Shown here piece after piece: positions 48,227 to 56,382 of a DNA stretch of 64,000 bases; the first letter of the stretch is position 1; each line of letters begins with the position of its first letter. Below the pieces are notes generated by a model. The model was not told the origin of the DNA. It saw nothing but the letters and a program-made list of their open reading frames with translations, and searched no databases. Both the position numbers and the translations under genes were made by a program. Origin of the DNA: a virus; IMG/VR virus record IMGVR_UViG_3300028571_000830, positions 32,001-96,000 of that record, one strand, 5' to 3'.

Positions 48227-48523
48227 TTATGCATTAATATCTTTATGAAACAATACAGTAAAATTCACTAACACTAATCCAATTACCAATCTATCTATAC
48301 ACTGATATCCATTTTCATACATCCTATTATATGATACACCTAGATTATAATAAGGACTATCTAACACATTAATCTCCACTAATACTTCCATCCTCATATT
48401 CCCATATGTTCCATAATATAAAGAAATAATAACCAACAATAACGAAACACTTAACAATAACTCAATTCCTGTCATCATATACAGATGTGTGTGAGTACTA
48501 TATGACCCACCCTCCACCCTCAA
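48227..48523 (-). CDS. Hypothetical membrane protein (true start probably near MMTG)
   Basis: Hydrophobic LLLSVSLLLVIISLYY. Confidence 0.45.
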   Translation of the reverse strand: MRVEGGSYSTHTHLYMMTGIELLLSVSLLLVIISLYYGTYGNMRMEVLVEINVLDSPYYNLGVSYNRMYENGYQCIDRLVIGLVLVNFTVLFHKDINA

Positions 48524-48697
48524 AGGTCTACATGTTAAACGACATAACCAAATTTATTTTAAAAATAATTTTTTTTCAAAATATAAGGGGTCTATATTAG
48601 TGAGAGAGTTGACCACTTCCAATTACAACCCCTCCTACAAATTATCGAATTGGGGATACTCCCCATAGTATTAACAAACAATTAAACAACAAAAAAA

Positions 48698-49060
48698 ATG
48701 AAAAAGGAATTAAATTTAAAAGGAAGAGATGTATTAAAAATTAAGGCATTGCCAGGCGAACTTGACTACGACAAAGAAAGTAAGATGAAAGGCAAAAAGT
48801 ACAGAAGATTTGCCTACGATAATGCAGTGTTTGTTGCCAATACAGAAGATTCCTTTTGTAAACAGTTCGATGAAGATAAGTTGTACAGTGTTGATCTACT
48901 TTGGGAACAAAATGGGGACAAATCACAACTTAGTTTAATGAACAACACAAGTATTGATCGTGAGATTAACATGGCAAGGGCAGAAGCCACCTTGACCAGC
49001 ATTATGCACAATGTTAAGGCAGAAGCTATTGATGAGGCATTGCTTGATGCTATTAGCTAA
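48698..49060 (+). CDS. First gene of the rightward (early) arm, unknown function
   Basis: 120 aa; A-rich leader; followed by its own terminator. Confidence 0.75.
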   Translation: MKKELNLKGRDVLKIKALPGELDYDKESKMKGKKYRRFAYDNAVFVANTEDSFCKQFDEDKLYSVDLLWEQNGDKSQLSLMNNTSIDREINMARAEATLTSIMHNVKAEAIDEALLDAIS

Positions 49061-49061
49061 T

Positions 49062-49084
49062 AAAAGGGGCTTTGCCCCTTTTTT
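49062..49084 (+). terminator. Intrinsic terminator (possibly bidirectional)
   Basis: AAAAGGGGC-TTT-GCCCCTTTTTT. Confidence 0.85.
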
Positions 49085-49294
49085 CATATAAAGGGTGGGA
49101 GAATTGTGCCCAATTGGGTGGGATATTAAATCCTACTCATTAACCCTTTATTTATTACATAATTAACTATTAATTAGATAGTTATGTGTGTAAAAGAATA
49201 GATGTGTAACCCTCTCAGACATATAACATGCTCTTCTCAACATCATTAAATCAATACACTAATTAATATACATATAGCTTTAAACATAGAAATC

Positions 49295-49492
49295 ATGATA
49301 ACAATAAGTGAACTTATAGAATATGCATACAATAGATGTGCAATAGAAATAGATATTCTAATAGAAAAGAAACATTTAATACAAGAACAATTTAATAATG
49401 GATTGATTGATTATATGGATTATTCTTTTCTTATAGAAGATGTTCAGAATGATATAGATATTATATGTCCTATAGATATTAGTTTTATTTAA
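49295..49492 (+). CDS. Hypothetical protein
   Basis: ORF with AAACAnAGAAATCATG leader. Confidence 0.55.
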   Translation: MITISELIEYAYNRCAIEIDILIEKKHLIQEQFNNGLIDYMDYSFLIEDVQNDIDIICPIDISFI

Positions 49493-49509
49493 ACCTCTTT
49501 ATATATATT

Positions 49510-49734
49510 ATGGAAACACGTATTTTAGGTATTGTAGGGAACACTCTATATATACAAGGATTTTATGCTGGTGATTATTCTCATCAGCTTATTATTCCTA
49601 AACATGAATTAGATGCATTTATAGATTCTGGAATTCCTGTATATGATAATATTAATTATATAGAATGTCAAGAACATGGAATGACATATGATCAATATAT
49701 GGAATATTTAGAACAATATAATAAAGAATATTAA
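49510..49734 (+). CDS. Hypothetical protein
   Basis: ORF track; collinear with the early arm. Confidence 0.55.
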   Translation: METRILGIVGNTLYIQGFYAGDYSHQLIIPKHELDAFIDSGIPVYDNINYIECQEHGMTYDQYMEYLEQYNKEY

Positions 49735-49739
49735 GTTAT

Positions 49740-49948
49740 TTCCTTTTGCACACACATCATTTAAGACTGATTAATTGACTATTATTATATCTGGATAATC
49801 CTTTGGGTAAAGATGTGATATTGCCAGTCAGCGTTTTAATCAGTCTTCCAAGAATGAGACAGTTGTAATGAACAAGACCAAGTTGAGGTTAACGTGACCT
49901 TGTAAAAATCGCTTGTGAGGTTTGTTACAACTGAGTGTGTAAAGGGAA
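49740..49948 (+). ncRNA. Structured RNA, copy 1 of a repeated motif
   Basis: 14-bp closing stem 49740-53/49935-48; stems 49763-74/49836-47 and 49860-73/49920-33; core shared with 51175-51462; strand inferred from G-U pairs. Confidence 0.65.
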
Positions 49949-50032
49949 TTGTTGCATATTACATACATAACTATGGAGATATGTATTGTAGGGAACACAT
50001 GCTTCTTATTATAATTATCACCCAATATACAG

Positions 50033-50114
50033 TTATATAAAGTTGTAATGTGTGTAGAGAGAAGGATATTCCCTTAGTATTCTTTTATTCATGACACATT
50101 ACAGCTTTATATAA
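50033..50114 (+). repeat. 21-bp inverted repeat/long hairpin
   Basis: TTATATAAAGTTGTAATGTGT / ACACATTACAGCTTTATATAA, one G-U pair. Confidence 0.8.
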
Positions 50115-50132
50115 AATTAAAAAAACAAATCT

Positions 50133-50519
50133 ATGATTATATATAAATTTGCCTTATACACATTATTATTAAGTTATAATCCATGTGATGTATTCACTTA
50201 TTATAATGTTACAGAAATGCATGGATTAAATTTAAAAGATTGTCAAGCATATAATAATACATCTCAAGATGCTTATTTTGCTGGTTGGTCTAATTATATA
50301 CCTAATTCTAAAGGGTATAAAAAAGATGATGCAAAATTTGTATTTATTAATCTCAATAGATGTAATAGTGATGTTGAAACATTTGCTTTAGTAATGCACG
50401 AATTAATGCATCAATCATTTGATATTCACAAGAATAAAATTAACAAAGAAGAAGAAATAATAACATGGGCAGAAAAAGAAGCACATTTAGTAATTAAAAT
50501 AATAAATCTAAACAAATGA
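50133..50519 (+). CDS. Small zincin-like metallopeptidase
   Basis: MHELMH plus downstream EEEI. Confidence 0.6.
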   Translation: MIIYKFALYTLLLSYNPCDVFTYYNVTEMHGLNLKDCQAYNNTSQDAYFAGWSNYIPNSKGYKKDDAKFVFINLNRCNSDVETFALVMHELMHQSFDIHKNKINKEEEIITWAEKEAHLVIKIINLNK

Positions 50520-50836
50520 AAACAATAGAAATACAAATATTAGCACAAGATGTTAATAATGCAGGAAACTTTTTAGATAGTAATAATTGTATTTTAGCTA
50601 CAGCTATTAAAAGACAATTTAATGTAACAGCTGTTATTGAAGATATATTGTATTCATATATTATTAATGTTAGATATAATCATGATACATATGGTGTTAA
50701 TCAATACGAAGAAGACATCAGATTAGCAAGAGGTGTTCCTGATGATACATTAATTAGAACTATTAATTTACAACTATATAAGAAAGATGGCTGGATTAGA
50801 AAAGTAATTGATAAATTTAGGTCTTATTGGTACTAA
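50516..50836 (+). CDS. Hypothetical protein
   Basis: NCILATAIKR; ATGA overlap with the previous gene. Confidence 0.6.
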   Translation: MKTIEIQILAQDVNNAGNFLDSNNCILATAIKRQFNVTAVIEDILYSYIINVRYNHDTYGVNQYEEDIRLARGVPDDTLIRTINLQLYKKDGWIRKVIDKFRSYWY

Positions 50837-50944
50837 TACACAAACCCACTGTATTAATTGTGATAAAATACACATAAAAGATAGTAAAGTTTGGTCAAAA
50901 CATATCAGAACTAACAGAAATATTAAATCAAAAATCAAAACAAA

Positions 50945-51091
50945 ATGAAAAAACACAGAACTAAAACATTCTATCTACACTGTAAGACAGAGAGTAGATA
51001 CCAATTGATTAAAGAATATTTAATGACTAAATACTCTGTATATACAGCAGTATTTGAGAATGGCTATGGTCATTTTAGAATAGTGTATTAA
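50945..51091 (+). CDS. 48-aa hypothetical (not in ORF track)
   Basis: MKKHRTKTFYLHC...FRIVY* with A-rich leader. Confidence 0.45.
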   Translation: MKKHRTKTFYLHCKTESRYQLIKEYLMTKYSVYTAVFENGYGHFRIVY

Positions 51092-51174
51092 AGCATAGCC
51101 CAAATTTAACTGATTATTAGGCTATAAACATTAGAATCAGTCCTTAGAGTGGTGGTTGATAGGAATATCATAAA

Positions 51175-51462
51175 CTCTGTAATGCACCATTCTCATGTGG
51201 ATATAAAGACTTCTTAGTACGATGTAGAGCAAGATAGTAGTTGCAGGCTAAGATGTGAAACCACACTGATTAAGTTTGAAAATAATACTACAGATTATGC
51301 ATGTAGTTCTTAATCAGTCTCCCAAGGATGAGCAGTTGTAAAATGGAATAGCTGACCAGCTACGTGTGACAGCTCTGATATCTGACTCTTAACTGAGAGG
51401 ATATTATTCAAGTGTCTATTCACGCAATAACAAGTACTGGTACAACTTGAGTGCAGAGGGAA
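51175..51462 (+). ncRNA. Structured RNA, copy 2, with twister-ribozyme-like core
   Basis: TAA-TGCA-CC ... CTCAT ... TCCCAAGG-ATGAG ... TGCA-GAG-GG; stems 51265-74/51309-18 and 51334-40/51441-47. Confidence 0.6.
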
Positions 51463-51578
51463 AACATTAACCAATTAAACAAATGCATGCGTATTAACTA
51501 TTCATGGTTTTTTTTAATCAAACGTATGTGTTTGTTTTTTTGGTTATATTTACACACACAATTTAAACACAAAATATT

Positions 51579-51767
51579 ATGATTAATTTTTTATGGATGC
51601 TATATATAGCATTGATGTTGTTTGCTACAGTTTCGACAATTATTGATATTGTTGATGTAAGAGCATCTGATAATAAGTATATTTTTAATGATAAAGACTA
51701 TTTTATACCTGGAATTGTTATCACTTGTCTATTATGGGCAAGTTTTATTGTTTATTATTTAAATTAA
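51579..51767 (+). CDS. Small two-TM membrane protein
   Basis: Two hydrophobic helices. Confidence 0.6.
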   Translation: MINFLWMLYIALMLFATVSTIIDIVDVRASDNKYIFNDKDYFIPGIVITCLLWASFIVYYLN

Positions 51768-51774
51768 AATCATT

Positions 51775-51996
51775 ATGAAAACATTATTATTGTTAGCAAT
51801 ATACATTGCTTCATTTGTTATTATTTTCTTTATTGTATCATTTCCTCCATGTATATTTGTTGGATCTTACAAAGCTGTTATTTATAATAGCACCTGGCAA
51901 TTGATGTATTCATTCTTTATTGGATGGTGGATGGCATCATTTCCAGCAAGAGAGTATTATTTATTGCATAAAGAGTATTTTGATAAAATATTTTAA
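51775..51996 (+). CDS. Small membrane protein
   Basis: Hydrophobic N-terminus and aromatic second helix. Confidence 0.6.
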   Translation: MKTLLLLAIYIASFVIIFFIVSFPPCIFVGSYKAVIYNSTWQLMYSFFIGWWMASFPAREYYLLHKEYFDKIF

Positions 51997-52007
51997 ATTA
52001 AATCATT

Positions 52008-52088
52008 ATGAAAAGATCAGCAGAACAAAATATTAAATTATTTTTAGCCATGATATTGTTCATGGCTATTCTATCAGTATTAGTTTAA
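52008..52088 (+). CDS. 26-aa membrane peptide (not in ORF track)
   Basis: MKRSAEQNIKLFLAMILFMAILSVLV*; same AATCATTATG leader as 51775. Confidence 0.45.
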   Translation: MKRSAEQNIKLFLAMILFMAILSVLV

Positions 52089-52156
52089 AACAGAATAATA
52101 ACATTAATAAGCAATGTGTATATAATAATGCACATTGCTTATTTTATTATATTAAT

Positions 52157-52363
52157 ATGATAACTAAAGAACAATTAGAATCAATTAATTTTAGAACCAA
52201 AGATGGAACATTATATCATGATTATTATAGATTTGAGTTTGAATACAATATTAAATCACAGGATCTATATAGTTTTAATGATGTAAATGGAAAAACAAAC
52301 TATCTTTGTCCTGTAATAGACATTAATCAATTAAAGGAATTAACAGAATATTATATTAAATAA
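52157..52363 (+). CDS. Hypothetical protein
   Basis: ORF track. Confidence 0.55.
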   Translation: MITKEQLESINFRTKDGTLYHDYYRFEFEYNIKSQDLYSFNDVNGKTNYLCPVIDINQLKELTEYYIK

Positions 52364-52393
52364 AGTGGAGGGGAGTCAGTAACAAATTAAAAT

Positions 52394-52563
52394 AGTCAGG
52401 TGGCGGAATTGGTAGACGCACACATTAACTCGCAAGGTTGATATTGTATGATAGACGTTAGCGGACATCATACAGGAGTGGCAAAACGCTGGTGGTACGA
52501 TTGCAATCGTAAATGGAAGAGAAAACCACAAATGGCCTACAGGTTCGAATCCTGTCCTGACTA
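52394..52563 (+). ncRNA. tRNA-like RNA (Leu-type D arm, T arm, acceptor stem) with 118-nt structured insert
   Basis: AGTCAGG/CCTGACT, GCGGAATTGGTAGACGC, ACAGG-TTCGAAT-CCTGT, A73. Confidence 0.8.
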
Positions 52564-52585
52564 CAAATAAACTTAAATTTAAACT

Positions 52586-52786
52586 ATGAAAGCAAAAGAA
52601 AAATTAAAAAAGAAAGACATTTGTTATTGTGATAAATGTTCATCTCCAATAGGGAGTAAACAAAAAATCTACAAAATTGAAAAATTGTATGCTGGAGAAA
52701 TTGTTAATGTATTAGTTTGTAATGATTGTAGTAACGAACATCAAGCTCAATTAACATGGTCTATAAATGCTCAAACACAAATTTAA
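52586..52786 (+). CDS. Small Zn-ribbon protein
   Basis: CDKC...CNDC. Confidence 0.6.
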   Translation: MKAKEKLKKKDICYCDKCSSPIGSKQKIYKIEKLYAGEIVNVLVCNDCSNEHQAQLTWSINAQTQI

Positions 52787-52799
52787 AAAAAAAATAACT

Positions 52800-52907
52800 A
52801 TGAAAAAGATTATAACGAATGTATTAGGAGTTTGTTTAGGAATTTTAGCAATCAGTTTTATAATAATAGGTATAATTGATGCAATATTATATTTATTAGT
52901 CGATTGA
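52800..52907 (+). CDS. 35-aa membrane peptide (not in ORF track)
   Basis: MKKIITNVLGVCLGILAISFIIIGIIDAILYLLVD*. Confidence 0.45.
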   Translation: MKKIITNVLGVCLGILAISFIIIGIIDAILYLLVD

Positions 52908-52965
52908 TATAAATTTAGTAACCAATTTTATAATGTATAATTATGTATTTAGAAGCAGAATTAGT

Positions 52966-53325
52966 ATGCGAATAGAAGTGTCAAATGGAGAGATAGTGGA
53001 TAAGTACACTATCCTCCAAATTAAAGCTCTAATGATTAAAGATGAAGCTAAATTAATTAACATTAATAAAGAACTATATTATTTAACACCTATTGTAGAA
53101 GAATTAAAAATAGATGACTCTAAAAGAAAAGCTTTAATGAAAGTGAATCTTTCTTTATGGATGGTGGAAAATGAAATTAGAGAATGTGAAGCTTCATCAA
53201 GATTTGATGATTATTTTGTTGCTCTTGCAATACAGGTGTATAAACTTAATGATGAACGTGCTGCAATTAAAAAACAAATTAACATTGAAACAAATTCAAA
53301 CCTAATAGAAGAAAAATCATATTAA
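52966..53325 (+). CDS. DUF6165-like protein (start reassigned)
   Basis: MRIEVSNGEIVDKYTILQIK...NDERAAIKKQIN...EEKSY. Confidence 0.7.
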   Translation: MRIEVSNGEIVDKYTILQIKALMIKDEAKLININKELYYLTPIVEELKIDDSKRKALMKVNLSLWMVENEIRECEASSRFDDYFVALAIQVYKLNDERAAIKKQINIETNSNLIEEKSY

Positions 53326-53326
53326 C

Positions 53327-53770
53327 ATGTATGTAGAAGCAGAATTAGTATTAAAGAGCTATAAGCCTCTTAAACTAGAAGAAGGAATGTTGTTTATTAA
53401 TAAAATAGCAAGAACAGATGCTGTTGAACTATTTATTCTTGAAGAACTTCCAGATGATGAAGAAAAGTTTGTAGTGACACATGGTTATCCTGTAGAACCA
53501 TACATCATCCAGCATGAATTATTAAATAATGTAGAAACACCTATTATTCTTGCTATACCAGAACAAATTGGTTGGTGGGATGATGGTGATGATGTAGATG
53601 AATTAAGAGAAATGTCTATAGAAGAGATTAATAATGTTATTAGTCAATTCACTGGATTATTGGAAATATATCTGGAAGATGATGAAATAGGTGATCCACT
53701 ATTAATAGAAGATAGAGTGATGCTTAGATATCTTACAGATGAAGAAGATTGGGAAGACAATGAAGACTAG
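53327..53770 (+). CDS. Acidic hypothetical protein
   Basis: 147 aa; PEQIGWWD. Confidence 0.65.
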   Translation: MYVEAELVLKSYKPLKLEEGMLFINKIARTDAVELFILEELPDDEEKFVVTHGYPVEPYIIQHELLNNVETPIILAIPEQIGWWDDGDDVDELREMSIEEINNVISQFTGLLEIYLEDDEIGDPLLIEDRVMLRYLTDEEDWEDNED

Positions 53771-53793
53771 TGTGTGATGTGAGAGGGAGATGT

Positions 53794-53817
53794 GCAGAAA
53801 TGCCTCTCCCTTTTTTT
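53794..53817 (+). terminator. Intrinsic terminator
   Basis: GGGAGA...TCTCCC followed by T7. Confidence 0.65.
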
Positions 53818-53856
53818 ATTATTAAACAAAGAAATCAAATTTTAAACAAAGAAATC

Positions 53857-54465
53857 ATGAAAGTGCAATTTAATCATGATCATGCCTTGGCTAAAGATGA
53901 TACAAGATGGTATCTGTTAGAACAAATGGAAGATCTTCATAAGTATAAACCTAAACTACTCACACTACCAGCAAATAATTTTCTGTTTGAACACTTAGTA
54001 TCCTCTAGATACCATAGTGCTTCAATAGATTGTGTAGAGTATAACAAGGCTGTTTATGAAAAAGCTAAAACTCATAAACTTAATAAATATAACTATGAGT
54101 ACTTAGATGTATTTGATAAAGCACATGCAAATCCAGGAGTGTATGATCTTATATGGATAGATTTATGTGGTAATCTATCTTTATCTAATATGAACAATCT
54201 TATTAGTGTTATACAAAATACTTTAAAATCTCATTCTATACTAGCATTTACATTTACAGCTGGTAGAGAGTTTGGATTAAATAAGATAATGGAAGTTTAT
54301 GGATGTAAAGAACCTAAAGAATTTAGATTTGAGTTCTTTCCTAATTTATTAGTTAGATTAGGTAAACTATCTCATCCCAAATTCAGACTAGACAATCTTA
54401 TTAAGTATAAAAACAATAAAAACAATTCTACACCAATGTGTATGTTCGTATTTAAAACCTATTAA
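53857..54465 (+). CDS. Class I SAM-methyltransferase-like fold protein (start reassigned)
   Basis: IDCVEYN, YDLIWIDLCG; the track's extension crosses a terminator. Confidence 0.45.
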   Translation: MKVQFNHDHALAKDDTRWYLLEQMEDLHKYKPKLLTLPANNFLFEHLVSSRYHSASIDCVEYNKAVYEKAKTHKLNKYNYEYLDVFDKAHANPGVYDLIWIDLCGNLSLSNMNNLISVIQNTLKSHSILAFTFTAGREFGLNKIMEVYGCKEPKEFRFEFFPNLLVRLGKLSHPKFRLDNLIKYKNNKNNSTPMCMFVFKTY

Positions 54466-54497
54466 TTAACTCAATTAAAAATTAAAACACAGAAATC

Positions 54498-55097
54498 ATG
54501 AAAAGCATTAAAGATCAAATTACAGAAAAAGAAAAAGAAAATTTAATTAAAGACATTAAATCTGGTAATTATACAATTAAGGATTTAGCTAATAAGTATA
54601 GATATCCTTCAAGTGCCAGTTTACATGGTTTAATTCACTGGTGGAAAAAACAAGGACTTTTGGATAAATCTGATGCATTAAAGAAGCTTGGTGATAAAAA
54701 GGAACATAAAGTTCATCTTTCTAAAGATCAAAAAATGGAATTGTATAAAGATCATACATCTAAAAAATATAGTAATATAGAGCTTGCAAAAATGTATGAC
54801 CTTCCAGACAGTGGATCAGTTAGTGGTATATTAACTAGATTTAAAAAAAGTAGAAATTTTAGTACAATTTCAAGTGTTATTGATGTTCCTGTAAAAGTGT
54901 CTCGTCTTAAAGATTCAAATAATACTGTTTCTTCTCCTAAACCTAACATCCCTGTAAAAACTATTGTTACACCTAAAGGTGAGATATTAACAATCAGAAC
55001 TATCAACTTCCCAGATGGATTCTCTATACAAATAGAGAAAGCATTTATTAGTGGAGTGTTGATTCATGAGAATGGTAATATCACAATCATTAAATAA
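54498..55097 (+). CDS. Tandem-HTH DNA-binding protein
   Basis: YTIKDLANKY and YSNIELAKMY repeats. Confidence 0.6.
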   Translation: MKSIKDQITEKEKENLIKDIKSGNYTIKDLANKYRYPSSASLHGLIHWWKKQGLLDKSDALKKLGDKKEHKVHLSKDQKMELYKDHTSKKYSNIELAKMYDLPDSGSVSGILTRFKKSRNFSTISSVIDVPVKVSRLKDSNNTVSSPKPNIPVKTIVTPKGEILTIRTINFPDGFSIQIEKAFISGVLIHENGNITIIK

Positions 55098-55111
55098 ATA
55101 ATTTAAATAAT

Positions 55112-55145
55112 AAGGAGAGATGTGTGTAAATGTCTCTCCTTTTTT
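55112..55145 (+). terminator. Intrinsic terminator
   Basis: AAGGAGAGA...TCTCTCCTT plus T-tract; similar to the 53794 terminator. Confidence 0.75.
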
Positions 55146-55158
55146 AATTTAATTAATT

Positions 55159-55672
55159 ATGCCTACAATAGAAATTCCAGATAAAATATGTCCTCATTGT
55201 GGTAGTACAAGATGGAGTGTTTATAAAAAAAAAAGACTGGAGATCAGAAAAATTATATAAAACTATTAACTATTATACTAATTATTCTTGTGCTAGTATA
55301 TCTGATACAGGTTGTTCAAAGATAAGACGTAAAAAATATTATGTGGCTAATCCAAGAATTAAAGTTTCAGAAGAACATACTAAAAAAAGAGTAAATGAAT
55401 ATCACAAAAATAATAAACACAAATGGATAAGTCAGTCAAAAGAAATTCATAGAGAAAGATTAAAACTTTATTATAACACTAATCCTAAATACAAAGAACG
55501 TATTCAAACTCATGAAAGAAAAGATAGACAATTACTTAATGACGCTTATGTTAAAAAAGTAATTATTGCTCATAATACAGGTTTAATATGTTCAGATATA
55601 CCTCAAGAATTAATAGAATTAAAAAGAAAACAATTATTATTAACTAGAATAATTAGAAACAATGGGAACTAA
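55159..55672 (+). CDS. Zn-finger/basic protein apparently frameshifted at an A10 tract
   Basis: MPTIEIPDKICPHCGST from 55159 stops at 55260; the +1 frame continues to LNDAYVK...IPQELIELKR. Confidence 0.55.
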
Positions 55673-55895
55673 ACCAAAAACAAAGAAAGTGTTTGTAACA
55701 AATAATATTACAGATGTTTGTAGAGCAGTGCAAGATATTGGTGATACATTAAATGAAGTATTTTATCACACTGGAGATTTAAAGGTGGCTCAAGGAGCTG
55801 TTCAAGCTTATTCAGCAGCAATTAATGCTGCTAAAACTCAGCTCATCTATAAGAAACTCACTGGCACTCCTATAGAGATTGATTTCTTAAAATAA
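55662..55895 (+). CDS. Small helical partner protein
   Basis: Overlaps the previous gene; INAAKTQLIY...IDFL. Confidence 0.6.
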   Translation: MGTKPKTKKVFVTNNITDVCRAVQDIGDTLNEVFYHTGDLKVAQGAVQAYSAAINAAKTQLIYKKLTGTPIEIDFLK

Positions 55896-55952
55896 TCAAA
55901 TTTTAATTATATTTGTATAAAGGGCTTCAATAGAGCTCTTTATACACTTTAT

Positions 55953-56057
55953 TGTAAGGTGGTGGAATCTGGCAGACACGCATACTTGTCTCGTATGTTT
56001 GTCCAGTTTATTTTTAAAAAAACTGGACAATTGGAGGTTCGAATCCTTCTCTTACAG
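55953..56057 (+). tRNA. Non-canonical tRNA, anticodon GTC (Asp), very long variable arm
   Basis: TGTAAGG/TCTTACA, D arm GTG...CAC, CATAC-TTGTCTC-GTATG, GGAGG-TTCGAAT-CCTTC, G73; CCA not encoded. Confidence 0.75.
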
Positions 56058-56073
56058 CTAAACATTTAAACAT

Positions 56074-56382
56074 ATGGAAGAAGAACAAGAACAAACAATT
56101 GATAGACTCATAGAGATCGTTTGTGAGGTGTTGAAAGTGGACTATGATGATCTCATATCAATCAGTAAAAAACGAGAGCACACAGAGGCTAGAATGATTG
56201 TTACAGATCTAATATTAGATAGATTTAGTAGATATACATTGAAAAGAGTGGGAATAAGACTTGGAGGAAGAACTCATTCAACAATGTGTAACAACATGCG
56301 TAATTATAGAGATTTATATAAAGTGGATAAAGAGTTTAGAGGAAAAGTGTTAAACATAAAATATTATACAAATGGAATATAG
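56074..56382 (+). CDS. DnaA C-terminal-like HTH protein
   Basis: KREHTEARMI...TLKRVGIRLGGRTHSTM. Confidence 0.75.
   Translation: MEEEQEQTIDRLIEIVCEVLKVDYDDLISISKKREHTEARMIVTDLILDRFSRYTLKRVGIRLGGRTHSTMCNNMRNYRDLYKVDKEFRGKVLNIKYYTNGI

Noticed and set aside
51255-51275. Hammerhead ribozyme (GAAA and CTGATTA nearby)
   Set aside because: CTGATTA is not CUGANGA, lies within a 10-bp stem, and the required stem order is not met
52448-52570. 40-codon ORF (MIDVSGHH...) inside the tRNA-like RNA; tmRNA interpretation
   Set aside because: ORF runs through the T arm and acceptor stem; no Ala identity or tag-like peptide; likely chance in GC-richer sequence
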